Positions 26,001 through 39,880 of a DNA stretch of 54,933 nucleotides are shown here, in pieces. The notes under the pieces are model-generated. The model made no database searches and was not told the DNA's origin. It saw only the letters and a program-made list of their open reading frames with translations. The position numbers and the translations under genes were made by a program. The DNA lies in the NCBI GenBank assembly GCA_009602725.1, contig WELB01000020.1, positions 439,790-494,722 of the forward strand, in the 5' to 3' direction. This DNA is from Spirogloea muscicola. Its lineage: Eukaryota. Each line of letters opens with the position of its first letter. Position 1 is the first letter of the stretch.

Positions 26001-27828
26001 CATCGCTGAGGAGATCCAGCAGAGCCAAGCAGCTCCTAACGCAAATGATATTCCCAATCCCGCCGGCGTGGTGGATTGTAACGTCACCATGGCACGCCTG
26101 ATTGCTGCCATCGCAGCCGCAGGTGGACCCATTTATGATTATCGCGAGATTGACCCTCAGAACGGCACAGACGGTGGGCAGCCAGGTGGCAACATCCGGC
26201 AAGTTTTCATGTTCCGCGCGGATCAGGTTACTTTTGTTGACAGGCCATACAATGGCTCCTCCAGCCCCACGTATGATGCTGTTTCGGTTGTCACATCTCC
26301 TTCAGGCGAAGTCCAGCTCTCTTGGAGCCCTGGCAGGATTGACCCTGGCAACTCTGCCTGGGTTTCATCTAGGAAACCTCTGGTGGGTGAGTTCCTCATC
26401 GACGGCGAGAAGATATTTGTGTGCGGGAATCACCTCAACAGCAAGGGCGGCGACGACTACCTCTTTGGCATTGACCAGCCGACCCCAGTCCTCAGCTCCG
26501 AGGTGCAGCGCAACAAGCAGGCCACCGTTATCACGAACTTCCTCTCAACGCTGGTGGCGGCAGATCCAAATGCCAACGTCATCCTGGGTGGTGATCTCAA
26601 CGACTTTGCCTGGTCCAACCCGCTCCAGATACTCCAGTCCCCCATCGCACCGAACTGGCGTCTGACGACGCTGGCAGATTATCTCCTCCCTGTCAACCAG
26701 CGTTATTCATATGTCTATGAGGGCAACAGCCAGGAGCTGGATCATCTCTTGGTGTCGACACCTCTGCTCAGCCGCGTCACTGGCATTGAGCCCATTCATG
26801 TGGACTCCGAATTTGCGATATCGGATCCTACCGTCGTCTCGGACCATGACCCCACAGTCGCCAGCATTACAAAGAGAGGTACACTCTTTTCCTGGCAGTC
26901 AGGCTGTGTTCACCATTTCTCTGAACTCTGGATTCTACCTGCTGCAATTGTGCTGCTGTTTGCGCTTACAATGTAGTGTCCGCCTGCTGACAAGCTGCAT
27001 CTCTGCTATTATCTGCAGCGCGCTCCCCTCCTCCCCCCCACTCGCCGCCACCGCCGCCGCCTCTCTCACCACCGCCGCCGCCGCCTCTCTCACCGCCGCC
27101 CCCGCCGCCATCTCCCTCACCTCCGCCTCCCTCTCCCCCTCCCCCGCCTCCTCCCTCCCCACCTCCTCCCTCCCCTCCTCCCCCGCCTCCTCCCTCCNTG
27201 CAACGAGCTCAGGCGTATGCTCTGCATCAGAAAGCTGGTCGAGCCTTAGCTGCTGGCACAAGAGCTAGTCAATTGCCGTCCGGTATTCGAGCGTCAGCTA
27301 GCGACCTCTATGTGCTGACTCGTGGTTACTGAGCGGGTCAGCTTAGCAGCAGGTGACGTACATTTGTCCAATGTGCTTGCCTTCGTACTTGGCCACACAT
27401 GGCCTCCCCATCTCTTAATATACACGCATTTCCTCCGCCCGCCTCCCCCTCCTCGCCCGCCGCCGCCGCCTCCCCGCCCCCCTTCTCCGCCGCCCAACTT
27501 CCGATGCGGCAGTGGATCTTGCCCTGCCTTCTCCACCTGCAGCGCCATGTCACCCACTGACTTCCAGTGCACTTGCAACACTGGCTACATCCCAGTCGGC
27601 GGCACGGCCATGCAACCCAAATCCTGCCAGCCAGCGCCCCCGCCTCCACCAAGCCCCCCTCCTCCACCACCGCCCAACTTCAAATGCGGCAGAGGATCTT
27701 GCCCTGCCTTCTCCACCTGCAGTGCCACGTCAAGAACTGACTTCCAGTGCACTTGCAACACCGGCTACACCGCAGTCGGCGGCACGGCAATGCAACCCGA
27801 CTCTTGCCAGCCAACAAGTGAGGCCTGA
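23053..27828 (+). CDS. Secreted ExeM/NucH-like extracellular nuclease: signal peptide - lamin-tail domain - Pro-rich linker - OB fold - EEP nuclease - Ser-Pro(n) repeats - 2 EGF-like repeats
   Basis: Signal peptide MAPSRLLLAALALAALLAPAFA; LTD VINEI..EFIELAN..LTPGQYYVI..DTDNNSADF..PTPG; OB fold SIHDIQG..SPYTGKSVTTQGIVT..GFYLQ..SEAVFVF..GDRVQVNGKIQEY; EEP motifs SFNMEN, EEIQ, NHLNSK, GDLND, LDH, SDHDP. GT-AG exons at 23053-23160, 23350-23559, 23862-23930, 24069-24186, 24427-24991, 25112-25261, 25436-25694, 25809-26878 and 27019 onward. The 3' end is uncertain: there is an N at 27198 and a possible last intron from 27818. Confidence 0.88.
27493..27813 (+). repeat. Tandem duplication (period 180 nt) encoding two 6-Cys EGF-like modules separated by a Pro-rich linker
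   Basis: PNFRCGSGSCPAFSTCSAMSPTDFQCTCNTGYIPVGGTAMQPKSCQP versus PNFKCGRGSCPAFSTCSATSRTDFQCTCNTGYTAVGGTAMQPDSCQP. Confidence 0.85.
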
Positions 27829-28948
27829 TTCCTTCAACATTCTAGACTGCTGGTTTCATTGCACTGCAAAGATGATTGCGGTAATGAAGTTCGCAATGCT
27901 AGTTTTGTTGTGCTTCCAATGTGTTCTGCTGTGAAAATGTCAAGCAAGCCTAACTCGAGCTTGTGTTTGCTGCACAGGTTGAAGCATGGTGTAGTACACA
28001 TTTGCTGCACAAGAATATTAGCTCTTTGCTTTGACATCTCAGAGAGCCTCTGATAGAGCAATAAGAGCAACTGCAGAATCGCAAACACATTCCTGCAAAG
28101 CCTATTGGGCTATCTCAATTTTGTAGTTTCTCACTATTTAGAACTCTCTCTAATCTGTTGGAAGTATACTTTGGCGTATTTTGTAAGCTGGAGATGGTAT
28201 GGAATGAGAGTATATTCATTTCATTCATTACATGTTTACCTTCAGTTTGTTACATGAACAACTTCGGTGATGTAAGAATTGCAACATGATATATGGTCGT
28301 TGAGAGTGCACAAAGAATTGCACCAGTATGTGTTGTACCTAAAAACTATTATCATGTGTTTGGCTGGGACCATCTTCTTTCAGCAGTCACTATCACGTAC
28401 TCACCTCAAAAGAGGATGTGAGACAGGGAAACCACCTCACACTTGCACCTTGACTTTTCTGATACGTAGTTATTGCTCTGTTGTACTATGACCAGCTAAG
28501 AGGAGTTAAAAGTATATATATTATATATATGCCTATTGTCAGAAAAATGCTTAAGCTGTACACATCCAGAACTGTTTGCTAACTTCTCTTTATACAGTTT
28601 AGCAAATCTCCCTTCCGAATATCTCAAACGACCGAATTAGTATCTGCTATAGATGAACACTGTTGAATTTGCCCACAACTTATGGAGGAGATATATGCAA
28701 GACAACTGTTTGGGAGATTGTCACGCTAAGCTTCCTGATGATATGTAAAAGCATCATAATACAAGAGATTGCTGACGAAAGTAAACCACTGACCAAAGTA
28801 AACAACACAAATAAGATGCTACAGCTTATGCGGAAGCTAATCTTGAACAACTACCGTTGAAGAACTTCCCCTTTGCCTGAGATGCCCTGAGATCTCTGTA
28901 GTGTTAATGGTTGATTCCATTGCTACCACCAAAATCGATAATGATAAC

Positions 28949-29050
28949 CGATGCCAGCCCGCAGGAATCGTAGCTTAGCCTTCATGAACTTGCAGGGATA
29001 GTAGCAATGGTCATGAAGGCCTAAGCTATGATTTCTGCAGGCTGGCATCG
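28949..29050. repeat. Long imperfect inverted repeat (~45-bp stem hairpin)
   Basis: CGATGCCAGCCCGCAGGAATCGTAGCTTAGCCTTCATGA pairs with TCATGAAGGCCTAAGCTATGATTTCTGCAGGCTGGCATCG. Confidence 0.85.
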
Positions 29051-30299
29051 ATTACCAATTTGAACGAGCTCAGCACTCAGCAGAAATGATTCTTCCCCAG
29101 TCCTCGGAAGCATGCCACTATCTGAAAATCATAGGCTTTGCTCACAAGTGCCTGCTTATTAGGTAAGCTGAGCTGAGGTGAGCTTGACATATTTTGGCTA
29201 TCACCTCCGTGTAGTTGTCCTAATCTCATGTTGCTTACTTGCACAAGTGAAGGTAAAGCAGCTTAAGAGATTGAGCAACATGGGACCAAGACAAGTATCC
29301 AGCAGAAGTGATAGCCAGAGGGAAGTGCGTCTATTCAAGATTAACACATGCCCGGTGGAGAAATTTCGTGTACGGAGGTATAGGCAAAAAGCACTTCACG
29401 ATCTTGAGTCCTATGTACAATTGGTACTCCCACACGTCTTGAACCCCTTACGTAGACTCGTAATCTTCCATTCCTAATACCTAAATGCCATTCACCATTA
29501 CAATCAACATTGCCCACGGCGTGCTTTTATTGTCAGTAAAAGCTGACAATTGCTCTAAGTACAGCAGTCCGCATATTAAGGTCATTGATGTTCACATTAT
29601 GCAATGTGAAGCTGATGCTTGCCTTGGTCGACACAGCAGATGCAGAGTTGCACATTTGACCTTTGTGGTGATTGAGCGTAATATGCTGGCTACGGTTCAA
29701 TACAAAATGGCAACATAGACCATACATTGTCCTCCCATTGTGGACAACGTGCACACAAGCAGCAGTCCTCACTGTCTCCTCTCCAAGGATTAAGTGCAAT
29801 CATAGCAATCGTGCCAGCATAAAAATTTGTCAATTGCGGTATGGCGGACCGGGGTGATTGTGCAAGTGAATGTGGTGTATACTCTTTTCCTACGGCAAAG
29901 ACATTGTCTACTCCCTAGTATAGCTGGCGACTGTCCTGTTTATCGCAATGCAAGTAATAGGCGTTGAGCATATGAAGCTAGGGCTCGGAAGGAGCAACCC
30001 TCAAATCATGACCCTCAGCATGGCCTTCTCGAGCATTTGTGTAGTATCATGCGATTGCCACTGGCCGACTTCTCTACCAAAGCCACTGGCTGGGCCTTGT
30101 CGACACAGAGATCTTCTCTTATGTCTTCTTTCTTCCTCGGCTAGCATTTCACGGCCATCGGCCTTGAAGCAGCCACAGCAATCTCCTCTTCAGAGGCTTC
30201 TCATTAATGTCTCTACATGGGCTTACTGGGTGGTCATCCATAGCTACTAGTGCTGAGGTGGTTAGTCAGTCAAATCCGTATAAAGTCACTCGTCAGTTA

Positions 30300-32219
30300 C
30301 TGGTGGGGAAGCCAGAGGACGGCGCGGCAGTATTTGCCACCCTCGAAGTGCAGCTGCGTGCGATCGGCCTGGACATTCGGGCGGGCAAGTGCAGCGCCTG
30401 GTCCCCTCAGGGCCTGCCAGCCCACCTGCGCCTGCCCTTGGGCTGCCAGACACCAGCCGGGGGCCTCACCCTCCTCGGCGTCCCCCTTGGCGCACCTGCC
30501 TTTGTGGTGGAGCAGCTGCAGGCGCGGCTGCAGGAGCACCTCCGGCCGGCGGACCGTCTTCACACGCTGCAGGACATGCAGCTGGCGACCGCTACGCTGA
30601 CGCGGTACATTGCGCAGCGGCGGAACTACCTGGCCCGCACCCTCTCCCCCTCATCGGCGGTGAAGGCAGCGTATGCGGCATTCGACTCTGGCATCCTGGC
30701 GTCCGCGGCCACCCTCGTCCAGCACCCCGCGTTCCTCACCTCACCAGCTGCACTGCTACAGGCTAGCCTGCCGGTCAGCCGTGGCGGTTTGGGATGCCGC
30801 TCAGTTGCCCGCGCCTGCGAGGCGGCCTACCTGGGCAGCTGGGCTCAGGCTGCAGCCCCCATATGCCAGCGATTCATCGTCCACAGCCAGCGCGCCCTGG
30901 AGCGGGCGGCAGCTGAAGTGGAGATCGGCCAGTTGCCCTTCCAGGCTGCCCTCCGCTCTGCCCGCGACGGGCTCCTGACGGTCCACCCCAACATGTCGGT
31001 GCAGGCCGTCCCTTTCATCCACCTCGCCCACACCCCTGACCTGCGTGCCCAGGCACGCTACACGGCGCTGGTCGAGAAAGCGGCTGACCAGGTGGTGGAG
31101 CCTCTCCCTTCGCCTTTCCTTCGCGGGCGCAGCGCGCACGGCTCCTCTCAGCCTCCTCCCTTGGGGCGGCGGCGTGGTAATCGGCGCTCCCACGCTATGC
31201 GGCGCTCATCATGCCAGATGAGGTCTTCCGGACGGCGGTCCACCGGCTCTCGGGCCTAATCCCTCCCTGCCTCGTGGGCGTCACTCAATGCGAGTGCGGT
31301 GCCCGTTACGCCGACCCTGCGGAGCTGGCTGCGCACATGCTCCGTTGCGCGCACGGGGGCGAGAGGACCGGTTCCCACGACCTCCTGCGAGATGGCATGC
31401 AGGGGGTGTTCATGGAGGCCAGCTACAAGGTGGCCGTGGAAACTACCTCAATTATGCCCATCCAGCAGGGTGCGGACGGCCAGCTCCGTGCCCGTCGCGC
31501 CGACCAGGTGGCCATCCCGCCCGGCGGCGGTCCCCGCATCATCGCCGATGTGGTGACAACTGATTGCGTCGACTCCGCCAATCTCACCAGATCGGCGTCG
31601 ACTGCAGGGCACGCGGTCGTCCTGGCGGCCCGGGGCAAGGAGCGCAAACACGCGGATCACCGGGTTGGTGATGACTTCGCGGGTCTGGCAATCGATGTCC
31701 ACGGGGCTTTCGGCAGCCGCTGGCTGGATCTCCTCCAGCGGCTTGCCCGTCAGGCCATTGACCGGCGGCCCGGTCTGCCAGGGGCACTGCCCGGCTTCAA
31801 CGCCGCCGGTTCGCTCGCCCAGGTCTTCCGTATGCGCCGGAAACAAAGCAGCAACGTATTACTCAGTAAACCCTGCTAAGCAGCCTCAGGTCAGAGAAGC
31901 TAGGCTCCTGGAAGTGGGTCCCCTGGCCAGAGCCAGAGGCAGTCTCGTTCCAACGCTCCCTTGCCTATGCCGCTGCGAGCAGGCCGTGCTATGGCTGCTG
32001 CCTCTGGGTCTCGGCGGAGTGCCTCTTTCCCTGCAGCGAGCTACTCTGACTTGATGTTGCTCACTCGCGGGTACTGAGCTATTCTCTGCATCGTCTCGTT
32101 TTTGTGGTGTAAGTCCTTTTTCGGCACCTCTTTCTTTGGCTTTGGACATTGTCCATTCTTCTTGGGCTGGCTTTGCCAGCCCCTCTTCTCTATGGGCGAG
32201 CACTTTCTTTCTTTCTTTC
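30300..32219 (+). mobile_element. CRE-like non-LTR retrotransposon (subfamily A), 5'-truncated inside the RT and inactivated; RT C-terminus/thumb, CCHC motif, RLE endonuclease, 3' UTR and (TTTC)n tail
   Basis: Encodes LRAIGLDIRAGKC..W..GLTLLGVPLG..LQASLPVSRGGLG..AAYLGSW; RARLLS..GAAAW*SALP (frameshift plus stop); CECG..HMLRC..GERTGSHDLLRD; RRAD..IIADVV..GKERKHA..LAIDVHG. Ends SDLMLLTRGY* at 32077, then a hairpin at 32164-32182 and a CTTT repeat tail. Interrupted at 31839-31941. Confidence 0.9.
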
Positions 32220-32423
32220 AAGGAGAGGGGGCGATGGCCGCGGACGGCCAGCCCAAAATGACTAGACAGTGGCCGACCTGGTGCGGAAAGAAACAGCTCA
32301 ACCCATAGTTAGCACCCAGTGGCCAAATTGAGTCCCAATTGAGTCGCTGTGGGCTATAGCGCTTTTCTCGCCGCTTCGAAGTTCATTCAAATTTAACCTG
32401 GGCTAGCCAATCACCGTGACGCC

Positions 32424-32665
32424 CGTCTCGCTGCAGAGGTCCATGGCTCGCGCGCTGCATCTGCGTGCCAGTCGTGCCCTAGCTGCAGCCTCTCGGCCTG
32501 GCCAGGGGACCCGCTACCAGGAGCCCAGTTTCTCTAATTTGCGGCTGCTTAGCAAGGGTTACCGAGTAAGTCGTAGCTGCTTGATTCCATTTGTGCTAGC
32601 TTTTGCGCTTTCTGGGCTGGCCTCTCCCAGCCACCGCCCCTCTCCTGCAAGTGTCTTTCTTCTAA
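32424..32665 (+). mobile_element. CRE-like 3' fragment (subfamily C), followed by inverted 3'-UTR remnants at ~32750-32795 and ~32890-32960
   Basis: Encodes VSLQRSMARALHLRASRALAAAS..EPSFSNLRLLSKGY, then a GGGCTGGCCTCTCCCAGCC hairpin. Confidence 0.8.
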
Positions 32666-34360
32666 AAGAGTCTTGATTAAGTGAATGGCTGTGAGAGAAG
32701 AGAAGTCAGCTCACTCGTGAGGGCTGTAGAAAGAGGAACAGCGCTTCCAAATTGACTGGTGGCTGTGATAGGCCAGCCCAAAAGAATGTACAAGGTCGGG
32801 AGGGGCCGGATGGCGGAAAGACAGCCCGAAGTGGCAAGGTCCGACGGGGTCAGAAAGCGCCGGAAAGCGCTGTGAGAAGAGGAGAAATCAGAAGAAAGTG
32901 CGCGTTCATTGAGAAGAGGGGCTGGCAAAGGCCAGCCCGAAAAGAATGGACAAAATGCAAAGATCCAAGAAGATGCCGACAAGAAAGATGAGGAGAAATT
33001 CGTCTGCACATCAGATGTGGAGGATGACCAGTCGGGCCCGCTCCGGGCCTGCCGCTCCGCCTCCCCCCGGCAGGCAGACCGCCGCCTGCAGCTGGGCGCC
33101 CCTTCCTACGACCCCTCTCCATGCCCCCTCGCTTCGCCTGTCCCCACTCAGCTCGCGCGCCTCTCCATCCTTAGCTGGCCCTCTCAAGAGCAGCTTCCAG
33201 CTGCCTCGGCCCTGCTGCCTGCCGCCCACCATTGCCAGCGTCCTGTCCACCTGCTGCTGGAGACGAGGGACTCACCTTCAGTCCACTGCAACCTGCTGTG
33301 TGAGGCTAGCGGAGAAACATTGATACTGAAGCTCATCAGCTCGACCGAGGTGTTACCAGAACATATTAGCCGTGAAACTACACCGCAGACAGCTGGCTGT
33401 GCTGCTCGCGGATAAGCGAGACGCCAGCTGCAGATGCTTGATTGATCACAAGCTGGTGCTTGGATTCTGGTGAGTCCACGGCCTGCATGTATATAGTGTG
33501 GTCATACTCCTGTGCTACTATATGCACCACCTACCACGTCGCAGGCTTCAGAGTGCTGCTGCTGTGTCTTCAGCTTAATTGGACACTGCAGCTCCTTGAG
33601 AAGTCTTGCCATGGGAGACAGTGTGTGTATAAGCGGCGGCACGTAGTTGGTATTCTCTCCTGATATTGAGCTTAAGTCTGCAGGCTACATGGCTGACCCT
33701 CAGTGCCTGCAGCGGAGGCCCTTGACGAAGTAGGAATATGTCGGCAGCACAGAGACTAACATGTGAAATCCTGGCAGCACAATCCACTTATGCGAGAGTC
33801 AGCTTCTTGTGATGTGCGGATAAGGAGATCTGTCTACATGACAGATCACAATATGTGCACCAATATTTATTCAAGTCTGACGTACTTGATGCATTATGTG
33901 GTGTAGTAGGTGGCTCGAGTGCAAATCAAGCTTCAAGCAGATATACCTGAGAGTCTGCATTCACTTGAGGTCTATGCGCAATCTCGTCTGGCATTGCATG
34001 GATGAGTACGTTGTTGCTTCAAGCAATCAGATGTCCTGCAGAAATAATTCCAAGCTGCATCAAATTTGACAGTGGAACTGCAACTGCCTGTGAACCTGCT
34101 TCAGCAGATGCAATCGACCCACTGGACTGAATGCAGGATTTGCACGGCTTGCTTCCCTATGCAGGAGCCTGTCAACATGGTCAGTAGCGACCAAGGCCAG
34201 CTAGTTGATATGCTGGTGGTGCATCAATCATGAAACAATTGATATTGTTGTTAACGGCAAAGACTAAGCAAAGATGCCAGGTTAGGATTGCCAGCTAAGC
34301 TGACTACCTGACCCCTATTCTTGATGCCCGTGCCGATGTGACAGATATCACATTTTTCAG

Positions 34361-36658
<2,298 letters not shown>

Positions 36659-37074
36659 CGGCCCGAAGCAACTCGCTTACACTTCGACCTGCAATGCTTC
36701 CATATGAGAGCCCGACTTTAAAGCAAGCAGTGCAGACAACCTGAAAAGTGAATCAGGCTTGTTGACTTCCGTCAATGCGTAGTCATTGCCACTGCTCGTT
36801 CTCCTGAGTAGGCCTCATCCTGCGTGCTTGTAACCACTCCTATTGTATCAATTGCATCCTACATTGGCCAGTCGTAAACTCGGCCCTTTAAGTAGCAATA
36901 ACTTCCTCAAAAGAGCTGAAAGAGCGTACGTTGTTGATGTGTGATGGCTTCACTTACCCTGCTCAAGGCTAGGGCCTGCTATTTGTAATTGTCCGTGTTA
37001 GATTGGGTGACAGTCGACTTCGACAGATTAAATTCAAAGACGATCACACGTTTAAAGTACTGGCACCAGCAATA

Positions 37075-38125
37075 GCTGGCGTGGCAAATGGGACCCTGCC
37101 CTTTCAAACTTCCCCTCTCTGACGTTCGCAGAAACCTTCTTCGCTCCTTCCCATCACTTGCGGCAGATCAGGTCGACTTTGCAGCGTGGGCAAGATGCTC
37201 TGACCTGAAGGCTCAAGCTCGCTTCTCACGCGCAGCCAATGAGCGAGCCATGAGCCACCTCAAAGCTTTGCTCAAGGAGGATGGACGTGGGCTCTCTCGT
37301 CTCCACTCCATCAGCTCTCCGGGGGCGTCGGAGTGGCTCAACGCTTTGCCGATTTATGAATCCCTCCGGCTCTCCGACAACCTCTTCCGGACGGCTGTCC
37401 ACCACCATCTCGGATTCCTCCACTTTGTTTGGCTGGCATTAGACAGTGTGAATGTGGCCATCGTTCGGAGGATGAGATATCTTTGGCAGCCCACATGCTT
37501 CGATGTTTTGAGGGAAGTGACGTAATGCCTCCCACAATCTTCTCAGAGACGCTATGTATGGCTTGGTGCGCGAGGCAGATTATCATGCGGCCATGGAGGT
37601 GCCGGGCATCATGCCGGTGCTCCAGAAGCGTGGCAGGCCTTACGTCAGGCGTCTGGATGTGGTGGCCACCCCCCGGAGTGGTGCGCCTCGTCTTCTCCTC
37701 AACGTCGTTCTCATCGACGCATTCCAAGCAGGGCACAGACACCGACTGTGCCAGGTTGGGCGACACATCATGCAGAGAGGAAGAAGGAGAGGCACTACAA
37801 TGACCACCCCCGGGGCGACCACTTCTTCCCATGCGCCATGAACATCTTTGGCGGCTATTGAACGAAGTGGTCTTCCCTCCTCCATCGCCTGGCACTGCAT
37901 GTCGATGCCCGCCGACGTAGTCGGGCGGGTAGCTTGGGGCATTCTAGCGTCCCGCAAGCCGCATGCTGTAGAATGAGACTATCATTGAGTCTACAGCGCT
38001 CCCAGGCACTCGCGATACACCAGCGTGCTGGTCGTGCATTAGCGCAGGCTAATGGCTCCCGTGGTGGTGGGTTGGCGCCTCATTATAGCTTGTCAGATAT
38101 GCATGTGCTCACTCGGGGATATTAG
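37075..38125 (+). mobile_element. Older, frameshifted CRE-like retrotransposon fragment (subfamily D)
   Basis: Encodes SRLHSISSPGASEWLNALP..FRTAVHHHLG; QCECGH..AAHMLRC; RRLDVV; RLSLSLQRSQALAIHQRAGRALA..SDMHVLTRGY*. Colinear with the 31100-32077 region. Confidence 0.85.
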
Positions 38126-38259
38126 TGTCCCCCTTAGCCAGCTCATTACCCATTACCCAGTTAACAGGACATTTGTAAGGCTAGAATTGGCCTCCCTTTC
38201 AATTTTATGCGCACCGCGCGCCCTCTCTCTTACCGAGTCAACGATTTCAGGCTGGCGGC

Positions 38260-38787
38260 CTTTGGCCAGGTTGCAGACCGCCACGCGCGCTGCATCTGCG
38301 TGTCGGTCGTCTTGGCTGCAGCCCCTGGCCCTGGCCCAGGGACCCGCTAGCCGGAGACCACTTTCTCCGACCTGCGGCTGCTCAACAGGGGCAAGCGCGG
38401 CCAGATTAACTGGTGGCTGGGAGAGGCCAGCCCAAAAGAATGGACAAGGTCAACAGGGGTTACTGTGTTTCGTAGCTACTTGATTCCCTGTGTGCTTTAG
38501 CGCTTTCCCTGGCCACTTCGAACTTTCTGGGCTGGCCTCCCACGTCCACCGCCCTCTCCTGGAAGCGTCCTTCTCTCTTGCAGAGATTGGTAAGACTTAG
38601 TAAGCTAATTGCCAGGCGGACCAGAGATGGGCCTGTGAACAAGAAGAGACGCTTCCAGGAGAGGGCGATGGTTTTGAGAGGCCAGCCCAGAAAAAGTATG
38701 AATAAAGTTCGAAGGGGCCACAGAAATTGCTAAAGCACACAGGAAATCAAAGTAGCCACGAAACACTCGATAACCCCTGTGAACAAG
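38260..38787. mobile_element. Cluster of nested CRE-like 3' ends: subfamily C (+, 38260-38582) containing an inverted subfamily E hairpin insert (38392-38449), plus an inverted subfamily C 3' end (38644-38775)
   Basis: SDLRLLNRGY motif and hairpins, with direct repeats TCAACAGGGG and CCTGTGAACAAG flanking the inserts. Confidence 0.82.
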
Positions 38788-39569
38788 CGCCACCATGTAC
38801 ATGTGCAGGGGAAAAGAACACCGTCGTTGACAAATCAGGCGCTTGGAAGTGGAGGCTAACAGCATCTTTACTGAGGGAAGCATGAGGACAGATCTAGAGA
38901 TTGAAGCTGAGCAGTAAGCTGTGGGCCACCTTGCCCAACGTACAACCTGCCTTCTACGCAGGCATGTGTATTCCAGATTGCTCCTGCTGAAATTGCACAC
39001 GGAAGTGCATGCAGGCCATCTAAGACGTGCGTGTTCCTGTGCGTTACATAGCTACCAGAACGTCAATCAGAGGCCTCGTCCTGCCACTATGCCCCTGCAC
39101 TTGCGATGTGGCCTTGCTCTTGCTGCTCCTTGGCGACTAGTTTCTTGCTGCTTTCTGACTGCTTGGGCTGCCTGTTCACAGACACAATATCATTGGCAAG
39201 CTCCAAAACCTTGGAGATAGTCTAAAGCGTCGAAGATTGCCTTGTTGCTGGCTTGGTACATATAAAGTCAGGATGGGAAGAAGCTCAATGCTTTGCGTGG
39301 GCTTGATCGTTAGCGTCAAAGTCTTGGCTAAGTCTAGCGCAAAATCAAGGGAGAAGAACCTCTTCCAATGGGGGCAATGGCCAGCCCAAAAAGGTATGAC
39401 AAGGTTTGAAGGAGCTGGAAAGAGCAAAAGTGAAGCTACTACTAATGATGCCCTAGTCAACATCCGCAAATAAGAGTGACTTGCAGCTGGATCGGAGTGC
39501 TGCGTTGAAAACCAGAGGCTGCAGGGAGGGCGCGATCTGCTCGCCTTTGCACAGCGACAGTATGAAGAC

Positions 39570-39880
39570 GGTGGAGCGAACTAGAATAGCGACAAGGCGT
39601 CGTGAGCAGTGCCTCACCTTCTCAACCAGGCACAATAGCGGCGGGACGCTTTGCAGCTGCCAATCACACGTGTTATGGGAAAGCTCCAGCTCCTTGCGAT
39701 AACGTCTTGATCTTGACAGCCTGGGAACGGTGGAGCGAACTAGGATAGCGACCACCAGGCGTCGTGAGCAAGTGCCTCACCTTCTCAGTCAGCCACAATA
39801 GCGACGGGACGCTTTACAGCTGCCAACCACAGTCACATGTTACGGGGTAGCTCCGGCTCCTTGCGATAACGTCTTGATCC
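39570..39880. repeat. Diverged tandem duplication of ~150-160 bp
   Basis: GTGGAGCGAACTAG..GGCGTCGTGAGCA..GTGCCTCACCTTCTCA..GGGACGCTTT..GCTCCTTGCGATAACGTCTTGATC occurs at ~39570-39711 and ~39730-39879. Confidence 0.85.

Noticed and set aside
23053..26878. Bacterial contamination as the source of the nuclease
   Set aside because: The gene is split by multiple GT-AG introns and is embedded among host repeats and genes.
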